DNA of 64,000 bases from Acidimicrobiia bacterium (GTDB lineage Bacteria; Actinomycetota; Acidimicrobiia; Spongiisociales; UBA11373). The stretch is from assembly GCA_016932695.1 (NCBI GenBank), contig JAFGCH010000071.1, positions 4,099 to 68,098 on the forward strand, in the 5' to 3' direction. Below the pieces are notes generated by a model. That model had not been told where the DNA came from. It saw only the letters and a program-made list of their open reading frames with translations, and ran no database searches. The position numbers were made by a program, and so were the translations under genes. How positions within the stretch are numbered: the stretch's first letter is position 1; each line of letters opens with the position of its first letter. Shown piece by piece: positions 26,258-35,780 of this stretch.

Positions 26258-27628
26258 TCAGTCGTCCGGCGAGGCGCCCACCTGCTCCAGGATCAAAGCG
26301 GGGTCGACCCCCGCCCGGTCCGGGGTGAGGTACCCGGCCACCTCGCCGGGGAGGAAGGAGCGGGGCTCGGGCCGGGCCAGCTTGCGCCCGGCAGCGTCGA
26401 CCACCAGTAGGGCAGGCACGGGGCCGTCGGCGTCGGGGGCCGGCTGGTCGACGAGCACCACCTCGCCCCGCTGCAAGCGCAGCACGGACCCCGGGGGGAA
26501 CTCCCCCATGATGTCGATGAACGCATGCACCACATCGGGGTCGTAGACGGTCCCGGCATCGGACAGCAGCACTCGCAACGCCCGAGCCGGCGACTCGGCG
26601 CGTCGATAGGACCGGCGGCTGGTGAGGGCGTCGTAGCCGTCGGCCACCGCGGTCAGACGGCTGAACAGGTGCAGGGGGTGTTGACGGCTGTACCCGTCGG
26701 TGTGCTCTGGGGGCTCCTCGAAGTACAGGAGGTTGGGATAGCCGGAACCGTCGTAGCGGGCGTGGTGCTCCAGGGCCACCACGGCTACCACCTCCTGCCC
26801 CGGCTCGGAGGCCGTCAGGATGGACTCGGCACCCACCTGAGGGTGGATCCTGATCTCGGCCCACTGCTCGGGGCTGAGCCGGCCCGGGTGCTGCAGTACC
26901 GCGGGGGAGACGCCCACTTTGCCGATGTCGTGCAGCAGCGCCCCCATGCCCAGCAGGAGCTGGTCGGCCCGGTCCAAACCGGTCATCCGCCCGATCATGA
27001 GGGTCAGGATGCAGGTGTTGACCGAATGGAAGAAGGTGTACTCGTGGTGGCTCTTCATGGTGGAGAGCAGGAGAGCGGCCGACGGGTCGTCCAGGCACAG
27101 GTCCACCAGAGAGCGCACCGCCGCCGCCGTGTCCAAGAGCGAGACCCGCTCGCGCTCCGACACCGCCAGGCTGACCGCGCGCAGCAGATCGAGGGTGGCC
27201 GTGTAGGCGACGCGGCGGCCATCCCCCGACTCCTCCAGGTCGTCGGCGGCCAGGTTGTCCTGGTTGAGGCGGACCGAACCGGCGCCGGCGGGCTCGAGAG
27301 CCTCCCCGGCCAGGGCGGCGGTGAGCCGGGAGAGGTCCGCCATAGCGACCGGGGGGAGGAAGGTCACCGACCGGAGTCCCCGATCGTGCATGGTGCGCAG
27401 GAAGCCCCCGTGGGTGAGGGACGCCATCGGCAGCAGGGTGCGGTCCAGGTAGATCGATTCGTCCAGGACGGTGAGTTGCACCGGCTGTCCTTCCGCCAGG
27501 ACGTCGGCTTCGCGGGCGGCGTCGGCGAGGGCCACGCCGGTGAGGGGGTGAGAAGACCCGTAGAGCCGGTGAAGGGTGGCGGCCCGGCGCAGGGCGGCCA
27601 GCAGGCTCCCGGTTTCGCGTTCCTTCAT
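26258..27628 (-). CDS. HD-GYP domain phosphodiesterase with an uncharacterised N-terminal domain
   Basis: It contains HHEYTFFHSVN...LLHDIGK...EHHARYDGSGYP. ATG at 27628 (MKERETG) is preceded by GGAGGAGAGAG. The stop of the upstream HEAT gene overlaps this start. Confidence 0.85.
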   Translation of the reverse strand: MKERETGSLLAALRRAATLHRLYGSSHPLTGVALADAAREADVLAEGQPVQLTVLDESIYLDRTLLPMASLTHGGFLRTMHDRGLRSVTFLPPVAMADLSRLTAALAGEALEPAGAGSVRLNQDNLAADDLEESGDGRRVAYTATLDLLRAVSLAVSERERVSLLDTAAAVRSLVDLCLDDPSAALLLSTMKSHHEYTFFHSVNTCILTLMIGRMTGLDRADQLLLGMGALLHDIGKVGVSPAVLQHPGRLSPEQWAEIRIHPQVGAESILTASEPGQEVVAVVALEHHARYDGSGYPNLLYFEEPPEHTDGYSRQHPLHLFSRLTAVADGYDALTSRRSYRRAESPARALRVLLSDAGTVYDPDVVHAFIDIMGEFPPGSVLRLQRGEVVLVDQPAPDADGPVPALLVVDAAGRKLARPEPRSFLPGEVAGYLTPDRAGVDPALILEQVGASPDD

Positions 27629-29529
27629 CTCTCTCCTCCGTTCAGGGCGCACCGCGCCGCCCGGCACGTTTCCCGGACGGCGGCCGAAGCCCAAGGCCGC
27701 CGTCGCGCCAGACGACGCAGAGTGGCGTGAGCGGTGTCGCTACGAGACCGGGCCAGCACCTCGATGGCTGCCAGCCGCTGCGCCAACGGGGGGCGCGAGT
27801 CGAGGAAAGCAGCCAGCCCGGCGTCGGCCTCTCGACTCGAGGTGCGCCGCAGAATCCCGAGGGCCTGCAGGCGTAAGGCCGGCTCGGGATCTCTCAGGGC
27901 CCGCACGGCGATCGAGGCCGCCTCGTCGGGGCGGAGGGTTTCCAGGACACGTAGCGCCTCGCGCCGCACGCGCGAGTCGGAGTGGGCGCAGGCCCGGCCC
28001 AGCCCAGCCACCGCCTCGAACCGCCCCGTACCCGCCAGGATCTCGATAAGCCGAAGGACCAGCGGCCCGCGCGGGTCCCCCAGCCGACGCACCAGCGGGC
28101 CGGGCCGGAGGCGGGCGGCGGTGGTGAGGAACGCCAAGAATGCGTCGCGCCGAACCGGGTCGGCTTCGACGGTGAGACGCTCCAGCGCCTGGTCGAGAGC
28201 GAACAGAGCAACCAGGGCCACGACGGTGGCCGGCGGTTCTTCGCCCTCGGCGAGTGCCCCCAGGAGCCCGTCGAGCACATCGGGCCGCAGCGCCGCTTCC
28301 ATCTCGCGGCGAACTGCCTCCTTGCGCGGACGGGTGGAAGCGGCGGCAAGGAGCGTGCCTCCCCAGGCGCCGGCACGAGCCAGGTTGCCTTCCTCGCAGG
28401 CCCCGGCGGCCTTGAACGCCACGGTGTGGGCCAGGCGGGCGAAGCCGGCGTCGTCGGCAAGGTCCATGAGGGCGGAGGCGGCCCGTACTCCGGCGGCGAA
28501 GTTCTCCCGCGGCCCGGGTATCTGGGCCCGCAGCGCCTCGCCCACCTGGCGTCGCAGGCCGGCGCGCCCGGAACGGAGCATCTGGGAGATGCGGTCCGAG
28601 ACCAGTTGCTCCGCCGGGAGCATCTCTCCGCCGACGGCGGTCTGCCCCTCCTGTTCTGCAGCGATGCGGGCGTACTCGCGCAGCAGGGGGTGCGTACCCG
28701 GGGAGAGAAGGTGAGCTAGTTCGGCGAGGTCGTCCTGGGAGAACTGATCGAGCAGCAGGCGGAAGGGCTCTTCCTCGTGCCGGGTGAGGAACTGCTCGAA
28801 AAGACGGGTCTGCTGCTCCCGGGGCAGGGTGAAGAACGAGTCGGTGAAGCCGTGCACCAACTCCTGGAGGCCCTGGAAGTCGCCCGCCTCCAGTTTCTCG
28901 TACAGCAGGCGATACTCGTCGAGGTAACGGTGTGAGGGGTCCTGGTGGCGCGGCTCGCCGGGATCCGGGTCGCTGGAGGGGGGGACCAGCTCCTCGGTAT
29001 CGGTCAGGCCTTCCGGCGTGTCCGTGAGGCGACTGTGCTCGACGACGATGAGCCGGGTGGCGCCGGCGGCGTGAAGCTCCTCGGCCACTTCCGGAGAGTC
29101 GGCGGGAGGGCTTCCCTGGAAGGAGACGGCTTCGAACAGGCGCAAGAGGTCATCGCCGGTGGGGGGAGCAGAGAAGCCCAGCACGGCAAGGCCGCGGGCG
29201 AAGATCGCCCGGGCCAGGGCGGCGGCGCCCTGGCGGCGGGTGGCGACGGGGAGGCCGCCGTGGCGGAAGCCTCCGCTGTGTACCTCCAGCGTCCAGGGAT
29301 ATGAGGGCAAGGCGCCGAGGGTGGTCACGGCGCGGCGGAAGGCATCCTGAGTCCGGGGATCCTGGTAGACCCGGAACATAGTCCAGGCGACCGCCAGGGC
29401 ATCAACTGCCGCCGTCGCCAGGCTCTCGGCTGCTTCCGCCGGCGCGGGAGGGCCTCCCTCAGCCTCGCCGAGCTCGGGCGGGACGGGAATCGCCGGACGG
29501 CGCGTGGTGGTACCGGTGGTGTCGGGCAT
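27625..29529 (-). CDS. HEAT/PBS-lyase-like repeat protein of unknown function
   Basis: The 634-aa product has C-terminal repeats (VRREALRVLETLRPDEAASIAVRALRDPEPALRLQALGIL). It is translationally coupled (ATGA) to the HD-GYP gene. Confidence 0.6.
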   Translation of the reverse strand: MPDTTGTTTRRPAIPVPPELGEAEGGPPAPAEAAESLATAAVDALAVAWTMFRVYQDPRTQDAFRRAVTTLGALPSYPWTLEVHSGGFRHGGLPVATRRQGAAALARAIFARGLAVLGFSAPPTGDDLLRLFEAVSFQGSPPADSPEVAEELHAAGATRLIVVEHSRLTDTPEGLTDTEELVPPSSDPDPGEPRHQDPSHRYLDEYRLLYEKLEAGDFQGLQELVHGFTDSFFTLPREQQTRLFEQFLTRHEEEPFRLLLDQFSQDDLAELAHLLSPGTHPLLREYARIAAEQEGQTAVGGEMLPAEQLVSDRISQMLRSGRAGLRRQVGEALRAQIPGPRENFAAGVRAASALMDLADDAGFARLAHTVAFKAAGACEEGNLARAGAWGGTLLAAASTRPRKEAVRREMEAALRPDVLDGLLGALAEGEEPPATVVALVALFALDQALERLTVEADPVRRDAFLAFLTTAARLRPGPLVRRLGDPRGPLVLRLIEILAGTGRFEAVAGLGRACAHSDSRVRREALRVLETLRPDEAASIAVRALRDPEPALRLQALGILRRTSSREADAGLAAFLDSRPPLAQRLAAIEVLARSRSDTAHATLRRLARRRPWASAAVRETCRAARCALNGGER

Positions 29530-29647
29530 GCCTTCGCGGGGGTGGACTGGATATCTGCATCGGCGCCACGGCGGCCTAGGTTGAGCGCGGCCCGCCCTGC
29601 TCCGTGGTGGCCCCGGCCGGGCCGGTCCGTGGCGGGTTGCGGCGCCC

Positions 29648-30475
29648 TCAGGTGGAGGGCGGCAGCCGGCGGCGCCGGGCGCGCCGCGTAGCCTGGTTCA
29701 TGTAGAAGCGGGTGAAGCCGGGAGCGGTGCCGGCCAGGCGGGCCAGCCAGCGCGTCTTGGGATCCGGGTAGACGATGGGCCGGCGCCGCACGACCCCGCG
29801 CAGGATGGCGTCGGCCACCTGTTCGGGGGGGATGGGCTTCACCGTGCCGGCGATGCGGCGAGTCTCCTCGGGCTTGAAGGGCTCCTCTCCGGCCAATTGG
29901 GGGGTGTCGACGTCGGAGGGGTAGACGCACGCCACGTGGATGCCGTGAGGGCGGAGTTCCACGCGCAGGATGTCGGTGAGGCCCCGCACCGCGTATTTCG
30001 AGGGCCCGTAGGCGCTGTAGCCGAACACGGGGAGGAGGCCGGCGGTCGAGGAGATGGCGACGATGGTCCCCTTGCGACGGGCCAGCATGGCGGGCACCAC
30101 CGCCCGTATGCACCACAGGGTGCCCAGGTAGTTGACCTCCATGTGGCGGGAGAACACGTCGCCGGGCAGCTCCTGGAAGTAGCCGGGCCGGGCAATGCCC
30201 GCCGAAGTGATGAGCAGGTCACACGGGCCGAGGGCGGCGACGCAGCGGGCCACCGCCGCTTCGGCCTCGTCGCGTCGTGAGACGTCGGCCGTCTCCAGGT
30301 GGAGGATGGCGCGCGGCGGCGGGTCGGCGCGCAGCGCCGCCAGGTAGGGGTCGTCGAGGGCGATGACGGAGACCCGGGCCCCACGAGCGGCGAGGCGGCG
30401 CACCGTGGCCAGGCCGATACCGCTCGAGCCGCCGGTGATCAGGGCGTGGATGTCGCGGAAGGGCTCCATGCTCAC
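29648..30475 (-). CDS. SDR family oxidoreductase
   Basis: It carries the TGGSSGIG cofactor motif and the catalytic YGPSK. Confidence 0.8.
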   Translation of the reverse strand: MSMEPFRDIHALITGGSSGIGLATVRRLAARGARVSVIALDDPYLAALRADPPPRAILHLETADVSRRDEAEAAVARCVAALGPCDLLITSAGIARPGYFQELPGDVFSRHMEVNYLGTLWCIRAVVPAMLARRKGTIVAISSTAGLLPVFGYSAYGPSKYAVRGLTDILRVELRPHGIHVACVYPSDVDTPQLAGEEPFKPEETRRIAGTVKPIPPEQVADAILRGVVRRRPIVYPDPKTRWLARLAGTAPGFTRFYMNQATRRARRRRLPPST

Positions 30476-30476
30476 C

Positions 30477-30869
30477 TCAGGCGTAGCGCACGATCAGGAA
30501 CATGCCCCCGGCGAGGACGGCGAGGACGATGGCCAGGTTGGCCACCCCCTCGCGCTCGGGGGCAAACAACCCGGTGCGCCAGAAGTAGGCTGCGTCGAGG
30601 ATCCCCAGGAAGAGGAGCATGCCCCCGGCCACGAGGCTCAGGGACTCGCCGAGGGGCTCCTCCAGGATCAGGAGCAGGGCGGCAACCACCAACAGGAGAG
30701 CCAGCGCCGTGTCGCTGAACACGAAGGGCGTCTCGTGCTCCCGATAGCCGGGAGGTAGCCAGGGCTGCTCGTGGGACTGGCGGAACCAGGTGACCCAGAA
30801 GGCGGCGAACACCAGGGCACCCATGAACATGAGGCCGGCCGTCACCCAGGTAGCGGCGTTGTCGGTCAC
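30477..30869 (-). CDS. small integral membrane protein (about 4 TM, about 130 aa)
   Basis: It is hydrophobic (WVTAGLMFMGALVFAAFWVTWF...LALLLVVAALLLIL...GMLLFLGILDAAYFW...LAIVLAVLAGGMFLIV). GTG at 30869 forms a GTGA overlap with the decarboxylase stop, and its own stop abuts the SDR start. Confidence 0.55.
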   Translation of the reverse strand: MTDNAATWVTAGLMFMGALVFAAFWVTWFRQSHEQPWLPPGYREHETPFVFSDTALALLLVVAALLLILEEPLGESLSLVAGGMLLFLGILDAAYFWRTGLFAPEREGVANLAIVLAVLAGGMFLIVRYA

Positions 30870-32389
30870 GGCCGGCCCTTCCCGGCGGGGACCCGCAACC
30901 ACTCGGGCACGATGTCCCGGCCGAAGATGTCCTCCATCGACTCGGTCCGCTTGATCAGCTCCGCCCGATCACCGCGGACAAGTACCGTCGCCGGCCGGGG
31001 CAGGGCATTGAAGTTGGAGGCGCTGCTCTCCTGGTAGGCACCGGCTTCGAGGATTGCCACCACGTCGCCCATCTCCACCTCCGGCATATGCGCCCCGAGG
31101 ATGATCTGGTCGGCGTAGCAGGAGTGCCCCACGATGTCGGCCTTCATGGTGTCCGGCCGGTCGGCCTTGTTGGCCACCACGAAGGGGTGCCGGTTGTGCT
31201 CCAGCACCCCGCCGGCGAGGAAGAAGTAGCTGGTGTCGAGCAGCACCCAGGTGTAGGGGATGGGTTGGGTCTGGCGCTTAACCACCTTGACCCGGGAGAG
31301 GTGCACCGCGGTGTCGCCGTAAAGAGCACGCCCCGGCTCGGTCTGGAGCCGCACCCCGTCGAGATCCACCCCCTGGCGGGCCAGCTCCCGGCTGAGGGTG
31401 CGGGTGATGGTGGCGGCGTAGTCCTCGATGGTGGGCACTTCCTTGGGCTTGGGGTGCTCGGTGAGCACATCGAGGATCATGCCGAGCAGTCGGTGGTACA
31501 GCTGCTCGCCGAGCCCGCGCAGCCCCACCAGGAACGGATAGCCCAGGCAGGTAGTGAGGAACTCCCAGCGGCTGAACTCCTTGTTGTGCGGGTCGCGTCG
31601 GCTGGCCATGCCCCCGCCGATATCGATCTCCTGGGGCTTCCAGCCGTCCCAGGCCCGGCACAACTCACCCACCAGGCGAGCGAAGCGCACCATCATCCCC
31701 TGCCAGAACCACAGGCTGGGGTGATGACGCCCGGCGTGGAAGTGCAGGCCGACCAGCTCCACATTGGGGGCGGCGAAGGCCTTGCGGCCCAGCTCCACCA
31801 GGTACTCGGGCGGGATGCCCGACTTGTACACCTGCACTCCCAGGTCGATGGGAATCCAGAGCTGGGTGAAGTCGGTGCGCCGCCAGAGGTTGGGCATGGT
31901 GGGCTTCACCCGCAGGCGGATCTTGGCCACTACCCCCAGTTCGGCGGCGATGTCCTGGATCCAGTCGATCTCGTGGATGTCTTCCACGGTGATGCGCACT
32001 CCCGCCTGCAGGCAGCGGCGCAAGTGGGCCCGGCTCTTACCGCCGCCGTTGGCCGAGGTCCGCTCGGGGTCGACGCCGGTGCGCAAGGCGCCTTCCAGCT
32101 CCTCGGGGGAGTAGAGGTCGGCCCCCGCCCCCTCGTTGGTGAGCAGCTGCCGGACGGCGAGGAGCGTGTTGGCCTTCATAGCCGGCATCACGTCCACCGG
32201 CCCGTGGGGCCAGCCGCGAGCGAAAGCATCGCGGAAGCGGCGGTAGTTCTCCCGGATTTGCCGCTCGGAGAAGGCGAAGATCGGGGAGCCGAAGTGCTCG
32301 ACCAGGGCGGTGGTGTCGGCCTCCTCGATGTACAGGCGCCCGTCGCGCACTGAGAGGCAGTCGGGGGGATGATGACCGGGAGCGTGCAT
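30866..32389 (-). CDS. PLP-dependent decarboxylase, Orn/DAP/Arg decarboxylase (alanine-racemase-fold) family
   Basis: The PLP-Lys context (MPAMKANTLLAV), the GGG motif and the C-terminal beta-barrel region (EAGAYQESSASNFNALPRPATVLV) are present. It is 507 aa, with an atypical insertion of about 60 aa. Confidence 0.75.
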   Translation of the reverse strand: MHAPGHHPPDCLSVRDGRLYIEEADTTALVEHFGSPIFAFSERQIRENYRRFRDAFARGWPHGPVDVMPAMKANTLLAVRQLLTNEGAGADLYSPEELEGALRTGVDPERTSANGGGKSRAHLRRCLQAGVRITVEDIHEIDWIQDIAAELGVVAKIRLRVKPTMPNLWRRTDFTQLWIPIDLGVQVYKSGIPPEYLVELGRKAFAAPNVELVGLHFHAGRHHPSLWFWQGMMVRFARLVGELCRAWDGWKPQEIDIGGGMASRRDPHNKEFSRWEFLTTCLGYPFLVGLRGLGEQLYHRLLGMILDVLTEHPKPKEVPTIEDYAATITRTLSRELARQGVDLDGVRLQTEPGRALYGDTAVHLSRVKVVKRQTQPIPYTWVLLDTSYFFLAGGVLEHNRHPFVVANKADRPDTMKADIVGHSCYADQIILGAHMPEVEMGDVVAILEAGAYQESSASNFNALPRPATVLVRGDRAELIKRTESMEDIFGRDIVPEWLRVPAGKGRP

Positions 32390-32487
32390 GACGAAGCTCC
32401 TTGTGGGTGTGAGGCCGGGTGCTCGGCCTGCTTCCTCATCCTATCCCCAGAGACGCCGCCCGGTCTGACGGAGCAAGGGTCTGCCTC

Positions 32488-34887
32488 TCAGCGGGCTGCC
32501 GCCGCCTCGGGTTTCTCGTCCAGCGCCCACGGCACCGAGGTGACGACGATGCGGGTGTCGGCATAGAGGGCGCTGCGGATCCACAGGGCCGACTGATTGT
32601 GGAGCAGCCTTCCGGCGGCGGAGGCCACCACGAACTCGGGGATGACCACGTTCAGCACGGCTCCCTCCCCGGCGCGCTGCGCCGCGTCTTCCAGGTATTC
32701 GATCACGGTGCTGGTCAGGTCGCGAAACGGGCTGGGCACGACTTCGAGGGGCACCTTGACCCCGTACTGGTCCCAGGCCGCCTCGACCCGCGCCCGCTGC
32801 TCCGGCTCGATCTCCACGTGCAGGGCGCGCACGGCCGCAGGGGAGACGCTGCAGGCATACTGCACCGCCCGTAGGGTGGGAGCGGTGACTTCGGAGACCA
32901 GCACGACCGTCTCGACGCGCTGCAGCGGCCCGGCGCGACTGTGGCCGAAGTCCAACGCCGTGCCGGCCATGCGCACCAGCCGCTTGCTGACCAGGGTGAC
33001 ACGGGAATCGGAGCGGGGGCGACGGGGCCGCCTGCCGGCGGGCTGGTAGTTGACGTCGGCCACCGCCACCCCCGACTCCCGGCGCAGCGCCCAGAGGATG
33101 CCGGGAGCGCCGGAGCGGTGGGACCAGGCATGGCGCCAGCGGTGGGTACCCACCTCCTCGGCCACCACCACGGTCAGCAGCGAGTCGGGGTCGGCGGCGG
33201 TGACTCGCCGCACCTGATCGCGCAACGCCGCCGCCACCCCGTCGGGCCCGGCCTCCAGGAGGGTGAGAGGGATGTCGGCATGGCGCTCCTGCCAGTGCAC
33301 CCGGAGGCGGCGATCGCCGGTTTCGCGTACGTGCCACGTCTCCAGCCGGTCCGAGCGCAGCAGCCGGCCGAACCGGAGCGCCCGCTCGAGGTGCCGTCCC
33401 GAGCGGGAAGCCAGCACCGCTACCCGATGAGGCCGCACCTGCCCGCAGTCCACTGGGTGCACCTGGCGCAGCCGGGAGGCCACCCACATGTAGTGGCGGC
33501 GCATGGCGGCCATGCCCGCCACGAACAGGGGCACGGCCACCATGACGATCCAGGCACCGTGGGTGAACTTGGCAATCACCACCACCACCAGCACCACCCC
33601 GGTGGCCGCGGCTCCGATGGTGTTGAACACCACCGATCGCCTCCAGCCCCTCTCCCGGCTGCGGAGCCAGTGGCGCACCATGCCGCTCTGGCTCAGGGTG
33701 AACGAGGTGAACACGCCGACCACGTACAGCTGGATCAGGCGGCTGACTTCGGCGCCGAAGGCGGCGATGAGCAGCCCGGAGAGGAGCGAGATGGCCAGGA
33801 TCCCGTTGGAGAAGACGAGGCGGTCCCCCCGGTTGCGGAACTGACGGGGCATGAGGCGGTGCCCGGCCAGAATGGCGGAGAGGCGCGGGAAGTCCTGATA
33901 GGCAGTGTTGGCGGCAAGCACCAGGATGGCCGCGGTGGCGATCTGCAGGACGACGAAGCCGGCCCCGCTGCCGAACACCGCCCGGCCGATCTGGGAGAGC
34001 ACGGTCCCGTAGCGGTCCACCGACTCGGCGGTGACCCTCACGTCCAGGAGGCGGGAGAGGGCGCTGATCCCTAGGAACATGCTGATGGCGATCACGCCCA
34101 TGGCCGCCAGCGTGGCGGCGGCATTGCGGGCCTTGGGCGGGCGGAAAGCCTGGACGCCGTCGGCAATGGCCTCGGTCCCGGTCAGGGCGCTGGCTCCGGA
34201 AGCGAAGGCTCGCAGGATGAGGAGCAGCGTGACCCCGGCGACCTCGGGGGCCAGTGGGGTGCCGGCCGACACCGCCTGCGGGCAGGATCCCGCCAGGCAG
34301 CGGACGAAGCCGGTGCCCAGCGTCACCAGCACGATGGCGACGAAGGCGTAGGTCGGGGCGGCAAAGAGGCTGCCGGCCTCGCGAGCCCCGCGCAGGTTGG
34401 CCACGGTGACCAGAAGGAGGAAGGCCAGGGCGAGGGGCACCCGGTAGCCGAGGGAGGAGGGGGCGGCGGAGGTGATGGCGGCCACCCCCGCCGAAACCGA
34501 GACGGCCACAGTGAGCACGTAGTCCGTGAGGAGGGCGGCGGCGGCCACCATCGCCGGGCGAAGGCCCAGGTTGTCGTGGGTCACCAGGAAGGCCCCGCCT
34601 CCCTCGGGGTACGCCCGCACCGTCTGGCGATAGGAGGTGACCACGACCGCCATGAGGGCGGCAATGGCGAGAGCGATGGGCAGGACGAAGTCGAGGCCGG
34701 CGGCGCCGGCCAGGGCCAGTACCAGCACGACCTCTTCGGTGGCGTAGGCCACGGAAGAGAGGGCGTCGGAGGCGAAGATCGGCAGGGCGAGGAACTTGGG
34801 GAGCAGTTGGTGCTCGTGTTCCGCCGACGCGAGGGGCGCGCCGATCAGCCAGTGCTTGGCCCGGGTCCACGCATGCATCGCAGGCAC
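32488..34887 (-). CDS. APC-superfamily amino acid/polyamine permease fused to a C-terminal cytoplasmic region with two USP-like domains
   Basis: The first 450 aa or so form a 12-TM APC core (LPKFLALPIFASDALSSVAYATEE). The C-terminal 340 aa or so have repeated RVAVLASRSG...VLVSEVTAPTL...VLNVVIPEFVV blocks consistent with tandem universal-stress-protein folds. Confidence 0.75.
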   Translation of the reverse strand: MPAMHAWTRAKHWLIGAPLASAEHEHQLLPKFLALPIFASDALSSVAYATEEVVLVLALAGAAGLDFVLPIALAIAALMAVVVTSYRQTVRAYPEGGGAFLVTHDNLGLRPAMVAAAALLTDYVLTVAVSVSAGVAAITSAAPSSLGYRVPLALAFLLLVTVANLRGAREAGSLFAAPTYAFVAIVLVTLGTGFVRCLAGSCPQAVSAGTPLAPEVAGVTLLLILRAFASGASALTGTEAIADGVQAFRPPKARNAAATLAAMGVIAISMFLGISALSRLLDVRVTAESVDRYGTVLSQIGRAVFGSGAGFVVLQIATAAILVLAANTAYQDFPRLSAILAGHRLMPRQFRNRGDRLVFSNGILAISLLSGLLIAAFGAEVSRLIQLYVVGVFTSFTLSQSGMVRHWLRSRERGWRRSVVFNTIGAAATGVVLVVVVIAKFTHGAWIVMVAVPLFVAGMAAMRRHYMWVASRLRQVHPVDCGQVRPHRVAVLASRSGRHLERALRFGRLLRSDRLETWHVRETGDRRLRVHWQERHADIPLTLLEAGPDGVAAALRDQVRRVTAADPDSLLTVVVAEEVGTHRWRHAWSHRSGAPGILWALRRESGVAVADVNYQPAGRRPRRPRSDSRVTLVSKRLVRMAGTALDFGHSRAGPLQRVETVVLVSEVTAPTLRAVQYACSVSPAAVRALHVEIEPEQRARVEAAWDQYGVKVPLEVVPSPFRDLTSTVIEYLEDAAQRAGEGAVLNVVIPEFVVASAAGRLLHNQSALWIRSALYADTRIVVTSVPWALDEKPEAAAAR

Positions 34888-34985
34888 TCCGGAGGTGTGA
34901 TGCTAGGCGGGGCGGAGGGGCTTCCCTCCGGGAACCGGGCGTTGGGGCAGGAGCGTCGCAGGGGCATGCGCAGAAAGAAGGCAGG

Positions 34986-35780
34986 ATGAGCAACGGGACG
35001 GCTGGAGCCCTGCTGGCGTTGGTGCTGGCGTTGACGGCATGCGCCGAGGAGGAGGTGCTGGTGAGCCCCCCTGCCGATTCGTCCTTGCCGGGTACCCACT
35101 GGGTGGTGGCCGGGCTCACCGTCGACGGTGATGTGCCGGCGCTGCCCACGGATTCCCGGCCGACCCTGGACTTCGACGAGGCCGGAGGGGTGAGCGGCCA
35201 CGCCGGCTGCAACTCTTACTTCGGCACGGTGGCCTTCACCGGCGGGGGGGTTGCCGTCACCGACATCGGCTCGACCTTGATGGCCTGCGAGCCGGAGGTC
35301 ATGGAACGGGAGGCGCGCTTCCTTGCCGCGCTAAGCCGGGTGGACACCGTCTCTTTGGACACCGGCCGCCTCACCCTGATAGGGGAAGGTGGCGCGGTGC
35401 GGATCGATCTGGATCCCTTCGTGCCCGAACCCGATCGCCCGCTGGCCGGGACGGTCTGGCACCTGACCACCCTCGTCGACGGCGAGGTGGCTTCCTCGAT
35501 CATCGCCGGCACCACCCCGACATTGTTGGTGGACGACACCGCCGCCCGCATCTCGGGGAGCACCGGGTGCAACAACTACTTCGGGCCGGCTTCCTTCGCC
35601 GAAGAACAGGTGACGGTGGGTGCCCTGGCCTCCACCAAGATGGCTTGCGCCCCCGAGGTGATGCAGCAGGAGGCGTTCGTCCTGGCGGTGCTCGGCGGCG
35701 CGGCCACCTGGGAGATCGAGGGAAGCGCCCTGCGGATCACCGCCGCCGACGGGCGGGCCCTGGAGTTCGCCGCCGGCTAA
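34986..35780 (+). CDS. META-domain (HslJ-like/DUF306) lipoprotein, duplicated domain
   Basis: The lipobox (LALTAC) and two repeats of GCNSYFG...LMACEPEVM / GCNNYFG...KMACAPEVM are present. Confidence 0.7.
   Translation: MSNGTAGALLALVLALTACAEEEVLVSPPADSSLPGTHWVVAGLTVDGDVPALPTDSRPTLDFDEAGGVSGHAGCNSYFGTVAFTGGGVAVTDIGSTLMACEPEVMEREARFLAALSRVDTVSLDTGRLTLIGEGGAVRIDLDPFVPEPDRPLAGTVWHLTTLVDGEVASSIIAGTTPTLLVDDTAARISGSTGCNNYFGPASFAEEQVTVGALASTKMACAPEVMQQEAFVLAVLGGAATWEIEGSALRITAADGRALEFAAG

Noticed and set aside
25150-29529. HEAT, HD-GYP and DRG-like GTPase as a single three-gene signalling operon
   Set aside because: A GC hairpin followed by a T tract sits 2 nt after the HD-GYP stop (26233-26257), and a 91-bp gap follows before the GTPase. 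These argue that the GTPase is separately transcribed. Only the HEAT/HD-GYP pair is overlap-coupled.
34913-34930. Inverted repeat CGGAGGG-GCTT-CCCTCCG between the APC permease start and the META lipoprotein start
   Set aside because: It is short (7-bp arms) and GC-only. Such repeats occur by chance at appreciable frequency in this composition. I did not promote it to a feature without conservation evidence.
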